Shown here: in pieces, positions 28,218-39,500 of the stretch
Layout: every line of letters starts with the position of its first letter
Numbering within the stretch: position 1 is the first letter of the stretch
NCBI GenBank assembly: GCA_043803945.1
Contig: JAZDJN010000087.1
Span: 317,126-381,125, forward strand
Length of the DNA: 64,000 nucleotides
DNA from: a bacterium
GTDB lineage: Bacteria > Bacteroidota > Ignavibacteria > UBA10030
Reading direction: 5' to 3'
Notes under the pieces: generated by a model
What the model saw: only the letters and a program-made list of their open reading frames with translations
Told to the model about the DNA's origin: nothing
Databases searched by the model: none
Made by a program: the position numbers and the translations under genes

Positions 28218-29213
28218 TCAACTTTCCCGTTCAATGACAAAATCTACAAATTGCAGAAGTGCATGCTTTGCCTCAGAATCGGGAACCGGAACAAGGCACT
28301 GCCTGGCTTGCTGGGCATAATATTCCGCCCGTCCTTTTGAGTATTCAATCCCGCCATGCGCTTGGATAAAATCAAGTACCCAGAAAAGTTCTTTCTTCCT
28401 CGCTCCGCTTTTCACAAGCTTCAATGCTTGCTTTGCTTCCTTCTGTGGTGCTTGCCGTAATGCATAGATGAAGGGGAGCGTGAGTTTTTTTTCCTTCAGA
28501 TCGGTGCCGGTTGGCTTACCGATAATACTTCTGCGTCCGAGATAATCAAGTAAATCATCGCGAATCTGGAAGGCGATGCCGACATTTTCACCGAAGTTAC
28601 GGAAGAGCGCTCGTTTCTCCTTATCCTCGGTCGTGCTCGCAGCACCAATCTCGGTGCAGGTCGATAACAATGAAGCTGTCTTGTCGCTGATGATTTTCAA
28701 ATAAGTCTCTTCATCGGTGTTGAGCTGGCGGCTCTTCTGGATCTGCAGTAACTCACCCTCGCTCATGCGCTTGACTGCGCGGGAGGTACAGAGGAGGAAG
28801 TAGGTATCATCATGTTCCAGGGAGAGAAGCAAACCTCGGGAGAGCAGGTAATCGCCCATGAGAACGGCTACTTTATTTTTCCATACGGCATTGATTGATG
28901 CGAATCCCCGGCGTGTATCAGCATCATCGACGACGTCATCGTGGATCAGGGTTGCGGTATGAAGAATCTCCACTAAGGTGGCCGCACGGAATGTACTCTC
29001 CTGAATCGAACCGCATGCTTTAGCGCTCAGGAAAACCAGGATGGGGCGTACCCGTTTTCCTTTCTGACGGATAATATACCGCGCGACAAGATCCACAAGT
29101 CCCACCTGTGAACGCATTGCCTCGCGAAAAAATGTGGTAAACTGCTTCAGTTCCGATTCGATCGGGTCTTTGATAGACTGGAGCGAATGAAAATTCTTAT
29201 TGGAAAGACTCAA
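28218..29213 (-). CDS. Polyprenyl diphosphate synthase (IspB-like)
   Basis: GKRVRP, HDDVVDDADTRRG, KTA and FQIRDDLLD. Confidence 0.93.
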   Translation of the reverse strand: MSLSNKNFHSLQSIKDPIESELKQFTTFFREAMRSQVGLVDLVARYIIRQKGKRVRPILVFLSAKACGSIQESTFRAATLVEILHTATLIHDDVVDDADTRRGFASINAVWKNKVAVLMGDYLLSRGLLLSLEHDDTYFLLCTSRAVKRMSEGELLQIQKSRQLNTDEETYLKIISDKTASLLSTCTEIGAASTTEDKEKRALFRNFGENVGIAFQIRDDLLDYLGRRSIIGKPTGTDLKEKKLTLPFIYALRQAPQKEAKQALKLVKSGARKKELFWVLDFIQAHGGIEYSKGRAEYYAQQARQCLVPVPDSEAKHALLQFVDFVIERES

Positions 29214-30028
29214 GCACTTTTCCCTTCATCACCGGAATCTGCAGCAAAACGTTTATCTCGATTTTTATTCACAACGGCGGAAATCAGAATACCCAACTCA
29301 TACAGTATGACCATGGGGATACCGAGGAGCATCTGGGTCACGATATCGGGCGTAGGAGTGACAACTGCGGCAATGATAAGGATAGCCACAATCGCATGAC
29401 GCCGGTACTTTCGCATAAACGCAGGAGTAAGCAGCCCCATCTTCGATAAGAAATAGGAAATCATCGGCAGTTCAAAAACGAGTCCCGCTCCGAGAATCAG
29501 CGCCAGGAGAAAGCTCATATAACGGTCAATGGAAACATTCAATTCAATGTACTGTGTCCCGAATCTGGCAAAGAATGTCAAGGCCGTAGGAACGAGTATG
29601 AAATAGCCAAATGCCACGCCCGAGAAAAAACAGAAGGATGTAAAAGCGACGATTGCCGAAATGTAACGGCGTTCTTTCGGAAGCAGACCCGGAGCAACGA
29701 ACCTCCAGAGCCAGTAGAGCGTATTGGGCATGCTCAGGATAAAGCCGCAGATGAGCATCGCCTGCATATAGAGGAGTACGATACCGTACGGTGAAAGAAC
29801 CTGTGCCTTCATTCCGACTGCAGTGAGCGGCCGGAGGAGAATCTGTATCACAATGAACTCTGCGTAGATACCGCAGACGGTCGTTGCGATAACGAGCCCG
29901 ATCAGGATTTTTACAATATGCCAGCGAAGCTCTTCGAGATGCTCAAGGAACGACATTTCTTGTTCGGTCGCATTCTCACCGGCCGGATTCTTACTTCGAA
30001 AATATTTTAAGAGCAAGTTCTTCAGCAT
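29210..30028 (-). CDS. tatC: Twin-arginine translocase subunit TatC
   Basis: MSFLEHLEELR, FVAPGL, FELP and TPTPD. Confidence 0.95.
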   Translation of the reverse strand: MLKNLLLKYFRSKNPAGENATEQEMSFLEHLEELRWHIVKILIGLVIATTVCGIYAEFIVIQILLRPLTAVGMKAQVLSPYGIVLLYMQAMLICGFILSMPNTLYWLWRFVAPGLLPKERRYISAIVAFTSFCFFSGVAFGYFILVPTALTFFARFGTQYIELNVSIDRYMSFLLALILGAGLVFELPMISYFLSKMGLLTPAFMRKYRRHAIVAILIIAAVVTPTPDIVTQMLLGIPMVILYELGILISAVVNKNRDKRFAADSGDEGKSA

Positions 30029-30038
30029 CGTCGCTTTG

Positions 30039-31343
30039 TCATGATTTGTTGAGAAGCTCTGAATACAGCGGGAACGATGAGCAGAAGTCCTGAATTTCCT
30101 GTCGCACCTTCGACTGCTCTTCAGTACTGCTGATCTTCGAGATGATCCGGTTGATGAAGGATGCGACGACAGCCATTTCCGATTCTTTCATTCCCCGTGT
30201 GGTTAATGCCGGTGTGCCGATCCGAATTCCGCTTGTAATGAACGGCGATTTGTCGTCAAATGGGACGGCATTTTTGTTGACCGTAATCCCTGAAAGATCG
30301 AGGGCTTCCTGTGCATCTTTTCCGGTTACGTTCTTGTTGCGAAGGTCAATGAGCATCAAATGGTTATCCGTACCGCCGGAGATGATTTGAAATCCATGAC
30401 TGCTTAACGATTGAGCTAACACCTGGGCATTTTTGATAACCTGCTCTGCATACGACTTAAAATCGGGTTGGAGGTTTTCAAAAAAGCCGACTGCTTTAGC
30501 CGCAATCACGTGCATGAGGGGGCCGCCTTGAATTCCAGGGATGACCATTGAATCAAGAAGTTCGGACATCATTTTTTTTCTACCCGACTTCGGCGCAACC
30601 TGCCCGAAGGGATTCTCAAAATCCTTGCCCATGAGGATCAATCCGCCACGCGGACCACGAAGTGTTTTATGAGTAGTCGATGTAACGACATGACAATGGG
30701 GGAGTGGGTTATTCAACAGATTCATCGCTATCAGGCCTGCGGGATGTGCGATGTCTGCAAAGAGAAATGCTCCGACCTGGTCCGCAATCTCGCGAAAGGC
30801 CTTGTAGTCGATGTTGCGTGAATAAGCGCTGGCGCCGACGGTTATCATTTTTGGTTTTTCTTGTTGTGCCATCGCTTCCACATGGCCGTAATCGATATAA
30901 CCGGTTTCCCGAGAGACCCCATACGCTGAGAAGTTATATAACTGGCCTGAGAAATTAACAGGAGAACCATGGGTCAGGTGCCCTCCGTGCGACAGGTTCA
31001 TCCCCAGTACTTTGTCCCCTGGCTTTAAAAAGGTCATGTAAACGGCCATATTGGCCTGTGATCCTGAATGGGGCTGCACATTGGCATATTCAGCGCCGAA
31101 CAGTTTCTTCGACCGGTCCCGGGCAAGATTCTCCGCAATATCAACATACTCACATCCGCCATAGTAGCGTTTGCCGGGATATCCTTCTGCGTATTTATTT
31201 GTCAGAACGGAACCGAGTGCTTCGAGAACGGCAAGGCTCACGAAGTTTTCGGATGCGATGAGTTCGAGTTTGGAGTGTTGTCTGTTTATTTCCTGCTGGA
31301 TCGCACTGTACAACTCGGGATCAATGGTTGATAGATGGTTCAT
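30039..31343 (-). CDS. glyA: Serine hydroxymethyltransferase
   Basis: [21 protein letters not shown] and [12 protein letters not shown]. Confidence 0.97.
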   Translation of the reverse strand: MNHLSTIDPELYSAIQQEINRQHSKLELIASENFVSLAVLEALGSVLTNKYAEGYPGKRYYGGCEYVDIAENLARDRSKKLFGAEYANVQPHSGSQANMAVYMTFLKPGDKVLGMNLSHGGHLTHGSPVNFSGQLYNFSAYGVSRETGYIDYGHVEAMAQQEKPKMITVGASAYSRNIDYKAFREIADQVGAFLFADIAHPAGLIAMNLLNNPLPHCHVVTSTTHKTLRGPRGGLILMGKDFENPFGQVAPKSGRKKMMSELLDSMVIPGIQGGPLMHVIAAKAVGFFENLQPDFKSYAEQVIKNAQVLAQSLSSHGFQIISGGTDNHLMLIDLRNKNVTGKDAQEALDLSGITVNKNAVPFDDKSPFITSGIRIGTPALTTRGMKESEMAVVASFINRIISKISSTEEQSKVRQEIQDFCSSFPLYSELLNKS

Positions 31344-31409
31344 ACGATACACTCAGTAAGTGATGAGAAGTTGAGGAGGCGATTACAGTAATCCCGTACC
31401 GGTAAGTCC

Positions 31410-31847
31410 TCAAAGTTGTGTAAGAGCATGGATTTTTTGGATCCTTCGCTCGTGACGTCCGCCTTCAAATGGAGTTTGAAGAAAGATGGTGACAATTTCA
31501 ACGACAGCTTCCCAACGAAGGAGGCGTTCTCCGAATGCAAGGACATTTGCATTATTATGCAGACGGGCGAGACGCGCTGCTTCAACAGATTCACAAGCGG
31601 CAGCACGAATCCCTAGATGCTTGTTGGCAATGATGGACATGCCGATGCCTGTGCCACAAATGAATATTCCCCTCTCACATGTTCCTGATGAGATCGCACC
31701 ACAGGCAGGGTGAGCCCAGTCGGGATAGTCGGTCGAATCAGAAGTATGGGCGCCGTAATCGCGGTAATCTATTTTCAGTTGATCAAGGAGCGGCTTTAAT
31801 CGTTCCTTATACGCAAATCCTGCGTGATCGCTTGCTAATGCAACCAT
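31410..31847 (-). CDS. rpiB: Ribose-5-phosphate isomerase B
   Basis: ASDHAG, CGTGIGMSI, HNNAN and FEGGRH. Confidence 0.95.
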   Translation of the reverse strand: MVALASDHAGFAYKERLKPLLDQLKIDYRDYGAHTSDSTDYPDWAHPACGAISSGTCERGIFICGTGIGMSIIANKHLGIRAAACESVEAARLARLHNNANVLAFGERLLRWEAVVEIVTIFLQTPFEGGRHERRIQKIHALTQL

Positions 31848-31853
31848 GGGGAA

Positions 31854-33077
31854 TTAATCCTGATCAAATTGTAAGAACCACATTTCGCTGGCACTGAGAG
31901 AAAGATTGAGGCGGAAGAATGTATCCCGTTGAAGTTTGTTTGAAGTTGTACCCCGTGTTCCTACCTGGAGACCGAGATTAAGGTTAGCGTCAATTCCGAT
32001 GGGAAACCCAAATCCTGCCGTGGCAGAGAATTCCTCAATCGCCGTACCGCCAAAGGTGAGGTATGAGGAGTTGTAGGAAAATCCGGCACGATAGGTCATT
32101 TGAGAAATAAAAGTGTTTCTGTCGCGTTGTGGAATGACTTCGAAACCCGCTGAGAATCGTGTGCTATTCTTTAGCTCCGGTGGAACCGTGCCGAAAAATT
32201 TTGCCGTTCCCCAGTATTGTTGGGCAATATCCGCAGTGAGAACATATTTTGCATCAATGAGATAGGAGGCACCAAATCCGATACTTGCCGGCAAATCGGC
32301 ATTTGCCGCGCTTGTGAATGTGGTATCCAGATAGGTCCGCTCCCGGTCGATGCTAAATGTGGATGGAGTGGAGAGCACAAATCCGATTGTTAAATGTTCG
32401 AGCGATGGCATGTTGAGCGCTGTTCCGACTTGTTGGTAGATGGCGCCGAGACTCACATTGGCTGCACCGTAGTAGTCGGATCGGTCAATTTCGCTGTCAT
32501 AAAATGTTGGATCTGAAAAATTGTATCGTGCGTTCTGATAAATTTGTCCGAAAATATAGTTGAACTTGAATCCCAAAAGGAGTGATCCGGCAGGAGAGAC
32601 GGAACCACCCAGACTTACCTGTGTCAGTCCACCTTTTCCTAAGAAGGTTTGTTCCAATGTAGAATCCGAGCTTTTCAACGCATAGTTCACAGAGCTATAG
32701 GGAGAAATATCGAGCATGGCAGAAACGCCATGTTCCCTCGAGATAGGAAATGCAAACGCGAGCGCTTTGAATCCTCCGCGTTGACGAGAACCTGACGCGT
32801 TAGCATCTTTCGAGCTGAGCGATGTATATTCAAATCCCCCATCGATACGCGTGTAGGACAGCCTTCCAATGCCGGCAGGATTTAAAAGATTGATGAAGCC
32901 GTCTCCAGCCAGGCCGATGCCTGATCCTCCCATCGCTGCGAGGCGGCTGCCGCCATAACTGGCAAGGTCACCGATACCAAATCTCGAATAGAGTGATCCT
33001 TGAGCGGAAGCAGCGGATGCAATTAGGGCGAGAAGGAGGAACAAGAAAATGATGCTAAAATTGTTGCGCGTTTTCAA
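31854..33077 (-). CDS. Outer-membrane beta-barrel, FadL/PorV-like
   Basis: Signal peptide, SLYSRFGIGD, AMGG, NPA and C-terminal EMWF. Confidence 0.7.
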   Translation of the reverse strand: MKTRNNFSIIFLFLLLALIASAASAQGSLYSRFGIGDLASYGGSRLAAMGGSGIGLAGDGFINLLNPAGIGRLSYTRIDGGFEYTSLSSKDANASGSRQRGGFKALAFAFPISREHGVSAMLDISPYSSVNYALKSSDSTLEQTFLGKGGLTQVSLGGSVSPAGSLLLGFKFNYIFGQIYQNARYNFSDPTFYDSEIDRSDYYGAANVSLGAIYQQVGTALNMPSLEHLTIGFVLSTPSTFSIDRERTYLDTTFTSAANADLPASIGFGASYLIDAKYVLTADIAQQYWGTAKFFGTVPPELKNSTRFSAGFEVIPQRDRNTFISQMTYRAGFSYNSSYLTFGGTAIEEFSATAGFGFPIGIDANLNLGLQVGTRGTTSNKLQRDTFFRLNLSLSASEMWFLQFDQD

Positions 33078-33103
33078 TGAGAATTCCTTGTGATGATTGC
33101 AAT

Positions 33104-34297
33104 CTACTCAACGACATAAATGAGCGTTAGTTTTGGGCGTAACGCCAGATTTGTTGTCATGCCGTGAAACGTAAAGAGATCAATACTACTGGCTTCAGTG
33201 ACTCCGGCCAGATAGACTTTATAATTCCCCGGTTCGCGAGTCCATCGATGTGCATAAGGGGTAATGACGTAACTATAGACTGTTTCGCCATTGACAGTGT
33301 TGCGCTGGCTTGGCGCATAGTAACTCTCATTTACGGTGCCGCCGAGATCGGAGAAGTAGGCAAATGTTGAATCGATGGTAAATGAATTTTTCCGTGATTT
33401 CGATTTATCCAGGGTCAGTTCAAGCAGAGCCCGATAGACGTACGCGCGTGGGGGAATCGATACGACGTTGAACGTGACGAATCCACGCGTTGCGGTTCCA
33501 TTGTAGACGTACATCTTCGTGGTGTCCGTAAGAGTTCCAAAGGAGCGTGCAACGGCGAGCGACCGCTGAACACCCGTGTTCATGATGACGGTGTCGATTT
33601 TTGTGGCCCCATCACGCTGATAAAGGATCTCCAGCTTTGGCAGTGTTGCTGTATCTCCGTTGATCGTGCTGAAAAATCCTTTGATCACGGAGAGGTTGGC
33701 AGATGGTTTAACAAGCACGCCATAGTTATACGTGATCGTATCGCCGGGAGAACCGATCCATTTCCGTAAGAGGAGAGTGTCAAGTGGAATCGAGAGAAGG
33801 GCAGTATCGGCGATGGAACCGAATGAAACGTTTCTGAGTGGGGCCGAGTTATAGAATCCTGTGTTTTGTATTGTATCGAGCGTAAGGAGATTGGGATCCC
33901 AACTCTTAAGCAATTCATGTGTTGTGATGGAAAAGGGTGCGAGCGAATCGCCCACATGCATTGATCCAACGATGCGGATTGATGCCTTCACCAGGCGTGT
34001 GGCACGTAACGATTCAGGCAGCGCTGTAAATTGGAGTAATGACCATGCCTCGACGTCTGCTGACTTTCCAATAAAGAACCGCGCGGCCTCGTACCATTTT
34101 GGGATTACTTCGATCGAGCCGCTTTGGATTGGACTTATTCTTAGAGTATCAAATTTCAGTTGGTCGCTGAGTGGAATAATTCCTGCACCGACAGGATTAG
34201 GATCCTCGCTGCACCCCCAGAATCCTAAACTCACGAAAAGTGTAAGGATGGGGAAAAGACTCCAGATGTTTTTTACTCGTTGGTTGTTTCTGATCAC
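33104..34297 (-). CDS. Lipoprotein, DUF4270-like
   Basis: Lipobox FWGC-SEDPNPVG and repeated PKLEILY / PKLTLIY. Downstream of glgA as in Bacteroidota. GTG start chosen over the longer track start. Confidence 0.6.
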   Translation of the reverse strand: MIRNNQRVKNIWSLFPILTLFVSLGFWGCSEDPNPVGAGIIPLSDQLKFDTLRISPIQSGSIEVIPKWYEAARFFIGKSADVEAWSLLQFTALPESLRATRLVKASIRIVGSMHVGDSLAPFSITTHELLKSWDPNLLTLDTIQNTGFYNSAPLRNVSFGSIADTALLSIPLDTLLLRKWIGSPGDTITYNYGVLVKPSANLSVIKGFFSTINGDTATLPKLEILYQRDGATKIDTVIMNTGVQRSLAVARSFGTLTDTTKMYVYNGTATRGFVTFNVVSIPPRAYVYRALLELTLDKSKSRKNSFTIDSTFAYFSDLGGTVNESYYAPSQRNTVNGETVYSYVITPYAHRWTREPGNYKVYLAGVTEASSIDLFTFHGMTTNLALRPKLTLIYVVE

Positions 34298-34599
34298 GAA
34301 AGAGCAATCCTGTTCTTGATTGATTGTGTGTAATTTACCGCGCCGCACGACACTCCGTTCTCTGTCGCTAATTGTTGTAGGAACATTCGGTCCTGCTCGG
34401 CTTCTTCGACCTGATGCAATCTGCCGGGAAATCGTTTTCTGAGAACATCCCCCGCTCATCTCCTGACCGCCAGGGATATTCGCTATTCGAATCGCCCGGC
34501 AGAGAGGAATAGGAGTCGAAGTTCCACGGGGAGGGTGAGATCGTGAATGCTTCAGCCGTTAGTAAAGAGCTGAAACAAATCTCTTGAGACGGCACACTA

Positions 34600-36081
34600 T
34601 TATTGCTTCAACAACTCCTTGTAGAGATTGACGTATTTTTTAGCAGAATGCTCCCACGAGAAGTCCTTAACCATCCCATTACGCATCAGTTTTTTCCATT
34701 CTTCCGGTTGATGGTAAACCTTCAAGGCACGTTGAATTGCTTTCAGCAGATCCTTTGAATCGTAATGGTTGAATTTAAATCCAGTCCCTTTCCCTGAGCC
34801 GGAATAATCCTCTACAGTATCATCCAAACCACCGGTGGCTCTGACGACGGGGACCGTGCCATACCGCATGCTGTACATCTGGTTCAAACCACAAGGCTCA
34901 TAGCGCGAGGGCATAAGAAAGATATCACAGCCCGCTTCAATCATATGTGCCAGTTCGTTATCGAGTCCAAAAATCACCGACATATGGTGGGGATACTGTT
35001 TCCGTTTCGCCTCGAATTTTTTCTCTAAAGCTTTGTCGCCCGTAGCAAGGAGTATAAACTGCACATCGAGTTTGAACAGGTCATCCAGAATATCGAGCAC
35101 GAGATCGAAACCTTTCTGTTCCACAAGGCGTGAAATCCCGCCAATCATCGGCCTGGTTTCCTTATACGGCAATCCGAATTTTTCGCAGAGCGCCTTCTTG
35201 TTGTCAATTTTCGCATCCAGCGATTTACTATCGTACTTTCGGTAAATAAATTCATCCGTAGCTGGATTCCATAAATTGTAATCGATTCCGTTCAGAATTC
35301 CGTGCAGGTCCTTTTTGCGGGTTGTAAGCAAGCCATTCAACCCAGCCCCATGTTCATCGGACGAGCAGATTTCTTCAGCATAGCGTTCGCTTACTGTTGT
35401 AATAGCATCACTAAAGAACAGTCCGGTTTTTAAAAAATTGAATTTGCTATAAGCTTCGACGCCTTCAGGTTGGAAAAGTTCCCTTGGAAGCCCTGATTTT
35501 TCAAAGGCCTCAGCGGAAAAGGCACCCTGGTAAGCCATATTGTGGATTGTAAAGACGGTTTTCACATGTTTAAAAAAGGAATCAGCGCCATACGTGTTCT
35601 TCATATAGGCAGGGACGAGACCTGTTTGCCAGTCATTGCAATGAATAATGTCAGGTTGCCAGCCCAGTCGCTTGAGTGTTTCAAGGACTCCCCGGCCAAA
35701 GAAGATAAACCGCTCATCATTGTCCTTATAGTCTTTCTTCCCTACCGGGCTTTGATAGAGTCCATCACGCCCGAAGTAATTGGTATTATCGAGGAAGTAA
35801 ACCTGGACTTTTTCTTTCAGATTGCTGATGAAAGATGATTTGACATTTCCAATTTCCAGCTTCTTCCCAACAGGGATCTGGATATCTTTGAGCCGTATGA
35901 TATCATGAAGCTTGAATTTGCGCTCACTAATAAAGCGATAGCGCGGCATCATAATACGAATTTCATGGCCCAGTTCTTTTACAGCCTGAGGTAATGCGCT
36001 GGAAACATCAGCGAGGCCCCCGGTTTTTGCAAATGGCTCCACTTCACTCGAAAGGAAGAGGATATTAAGCGGTTTGGACAT
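34600..36081 (-). CDS. glgA: Glycogen synthase
   Basis: KTGGLADV, HCNDWQ, TIHN and EPCGLNQ. Confidence 0.95.
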   Translation of the reverse strand: MSKPLNILFLSSEVEPFAKTGGLADVSSALPQAVKELGHEIRIMMPRYRFISERKFKLHDIIRLKDIQIPVGKKLEIGNVKSSFISNLKEKVQVYFLDNTNYFGRDGLYQSPVGKKDYKDNDERFIFFGRGVLETLKRLGWQPDIIHCNDWQTGLVPAYMKNTYGADSFFKHVKTVFTIHNMAYQGAFSAEAFEKSGLPRELFQPEGVEAYSKFNFLKTGLFFSDAITTVSERYAEEICSSDEHGAGLNGLLTTRKKDLHGILNGIDYNLWNPATDEFIYRKYDSKSLDAKIDNKKALCEKFGLPYKETRPMIGGISRLVEQKGFDLVLDILDDLFKLDVQFILLATGDKALEKKFEAKRKQYPHHMSVIFGLDNELAHMIEAGCDIFLMPSRYEPCGLNQMYSMRYGTVPVVRATGGLDDTVEDYSGSGKGTGFKFNHYDSKDLLKAIQRALKVYHQPEEWKKLMRNGMVKDFSWEHSAKKYVNLYKELLKQ

Positions 36082-36332
36082 TCTTCACCGAGAAATGATA
36101 AATGAACCCGAACTAATTTACCCAAATATTGCTACAATGGCAATTAAAAAAGCCATTTGGTGAAAGCGACTTTCTACCAGATTTCTATCGTGTGATCGGT
36201 GAAGCAACAAACCATTATCCATTTGACAATGATTCCAGCGAATCCGAAGATAAATCCAGAGCAAAAGTTCACATCAACTCATGCTCGATCATGAAAAATA
36301 TTAAAAAAAACCGAGAACCGATAAAATAAATC

Positions 36333-36361
36333 TTGACAATCTCTCTCTCTGTGTGTATTTT
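36333..36361 (+). promoter_or_regulatory. Sigma70-like promoter upstream of porU
   Basis: TTGACA - 17 nt - TATTTT with TG extension; the spacer is ATCTCTCTCTCTGTGTG. Confidence 0.55.
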
Positions 36362-36557
36362 TACACAAACAAAAATAGAACTCGGAGTACTTCATAGCGA
36401 ATTTGGTAAAGGTTTTTTCCTGAACTGACAATGAATCAAGGTGTTCAGGGCGGCGTTTTAAAATCGTAACAGCCTTTCCAAATTCGGTGCAGAAGTAAGA
36501 AAAACGTTTATGGTGCCGGATGGGAAAGTACAAACTACTCATTCGGTTTTTTGTTTT

Positions 36558-39500
36558 ATGCGCATACTTCTTATCATAGCACTTGAGATCACGCTCGGAT
36601 TGAGTCTCCTCGCCCAAGGTGTGAGCGATGTTCGGATTCTCGAAGAGGATGCCTCTTCGATAACAATTGAATATCTGCCACAGGTTGGTACCGGTTCGGT
36701 GAAGGGAGAAGATGGACGGTTCTACACCCGCTTCGAATTTCTGCATCGCGTCAACGACGCAGCGCAGGCGGGTGCACTACTCACATCCTACCGCTCACTT
36801 TTGCTGCATCTTCCTTCGAAAAATTCCACGCTCACAATTCTCTCCGCCGAATATCAAGATACCACGGGGATTAATCCGGCAGCGTTTCCCCGGTTTGAAT
36901 CAAGCCAGGGATTGGGGCTTACCGCCATCTATCCCCCCTTATCGCTTCAAACAACATCTATGGGGTTTCAACCTTCTCTTGCTGTAACGCTCAATGATGT
37001 TGGTGAAGCACGCGGCTTTCTCCTGGGTACACTAAAACTGTATCCGGTTCAGATTTCTGCCGGTCAATCCAAAGCACGAATCTATTCCCGATTGATCCTG
37101 AAGATAACATTCTCCACACCTCATCAATCTGGTCAGCGAATCTCCGATTTTATTCAGGGAGCCTTTCCGATTTCGAATCCCCGCGGGATTCTCACAAAAA
37201 CCACGGGGATAACCGGCGATTCACCGCTTGCGACGGGCGATTGGTATAAATTCGATGTGACGGCAACGGGGATCTATAAAATTGACCAGGCATTTTTCAC
37301 CAAAGCAAATATTTCACTCGGCTCGTTAGGGAACATTAATACCATTCGAATCTTTGGCAATGGCGGCAAAGAATTGCCGGAAAATCAGGAAACCAGCCGT
37401 CCGAATGGACTTCAAGAAATTGCCCGATTAGTAATCGACAACAACGGCAACGGACAACTCGATGCCGATGATGCTATTCTCTTCTATGCAAAAGCAGTCC
37501 GTGATTGGCAATACAACCAGGATGGAAATAGATTCCAGCATTACATTAATCATTACACGGAAACCAATACCTATTTCCTCACCTTCGGTGGAACGACACA
37601 GGGTAAGACCATGGGCACTATAGCCTCTTCGGCTCGTTCTGATGCTTATGTTCCTCCTGATTGCCTGGGAAAAACATTTCATGAGAAAGAAGCACTCAAC
37701 TTTCTCGATTCAGGCAGGGAATGGGCAGGCGAACAATTTGATTCAACTACAGCAGTCCAGGTTTTTACAACTTCACTGCCCGGGATCGATACCACCAAGC
37801 CGCTTCTCTATCGAGCAGTTTTTTACGGACAATCTGAATCCGATGGAATGTTTTATCTTGAAGAAAGCGGCAAGTCGATTGGAGCGCCTGTACTGCTACC
37901 TTCAACACCGAATTTCACGAGTGTCTATCAGCCCCGCGCCTATCAGACTCCAGTTCAGGAGTGGTGGACAAGGGCGTCGATCTCGGGAGAACGCAGCTCG
38001 CTGAGAATTCGTTACGCCGTGGCAGCACAGCTTGGCCCCTCGAAAGGATTTCTCGATTGGTTCGAAATCCATTATCGTCAGCGATTCGAGGCTGTAAGTG
38101 ATCTCTTGGTGTTCCATGCTCCCGATACGAGTGCAGTAGTGGAATACAGGCTGAGTAAATTTTCCTCCCGGAACGTCTACGCTTTTGATATTTCCGATCA
38201 TAACTATGTTCGATTGATAACGAACCTCTTGTTCGATCCTGCCGATCAGTCGAAAGTTACATTTCAGGTTTCGCAGACGAGCGGAGCCTTGAAGGAGTTT
38301 GCCGTCGTGGGGCCGCAGGGATTCAAAACACCGGCGAACCTGCGGAAGATCACCAATTCGAATCTCTCCGGAGTTGCCGACAAGATCGATTTTATTATCA
38401 TTTCCCCGAGTGAATTCCTCATCGAAGCAGAACGCCTGAAATCACACCGCATGAATCGAGATCAACTGAATACCATCGTCGTGAATATCGATCACATCTT
38501 TAATGAATTTTCCTCAGGTGTGCCCGATCCGACAGCAATCAGGGATTTTCTTTTCATGGCCTATAAATCCTGGAAGATTCCGCCAAAATATGTTTTGCTT
38601 TTAGGTGGAGCAAACTTTGACTACCGGAACATCAGAAGCACGGTGAGGAATTGGATTATTCCGTACGAGTCATCAAGCTCACTCCATCCACTCGGGACCT
38701 ATACGTCAGATGATTATTTTGTTCTCTTGGAACCGAACAACGAGCGAATTTCCATGGCCATCGGTCGAATGCCGGTTCGCTCAGTCACAGAGGCAAAAGA
38801 TGTCATCGATAAAATTATCCAGTACGAAATCGCCTCGCCCTTTCATACCTGGCGGAACCGGATCACTTTTGTTGCGGATGATGCGATTACGCCGAGTTAT
38901 GACAATGAATACATGCATACAACCCAGACCGATGAACTGGCTGAACGATTTACTCCTGCCGGGATTCAGAAGGATAAAATTTATCTTGTGGAATATCCCA
39001 CGGTACTCAGTGCTTCCCGCCGATTGAAACCAACAGTTAACCAGGCCATCGTCGATGCTGTGAACAAAGGAACCCTCATCCTGAATTACATCGGCCATGG
39101 AAGCCCGGTGGTCTGGGCAGATGAATATGTCTTTGTGCAAGCCGATGATTTTCCCAAGCTGCAAAATGATGGTCTCTACTTCCTCTGTGTTGCAGCCACC
39201 TGCGATTATGCCCGATATGATGATGACAGAAAAGTGAGCGCCGGAGAGCAACTCCTCACGCTCCAGAATCGGGGGGCAATCGCTGTCATTACTGCAGCGA
39301 GGGTTGTCTATTCAAATGAGAATGCGGCATTTAACAATACTTTGTACGAAAATATCTTTAAGCGTGACGCCGTCGGCCAACAACTGCGTTTAGGCGATGC
39401 TCTTTGGGCCACGAAGCAAACTCGTTATGGTCCTAACGATCATAAGTATCATCTCTTTGGCGATCCGACCATGCGGCTGGCAACACCGAGATTAACGGCC

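Noticed and set aside
34394-34416. Resemblance to SRP RNA helix 8 (TCAGGTCGAAGAAGC on the minus strand)
   Set aside because: It lacks the CCGGAAGG tetraloop stem and the AGCAG motif.
36129-36746. Track ORFs in the glgA-porU intergenic region
   Set aside because: No motifs; they overlap the promoter, the leader and the porU start.
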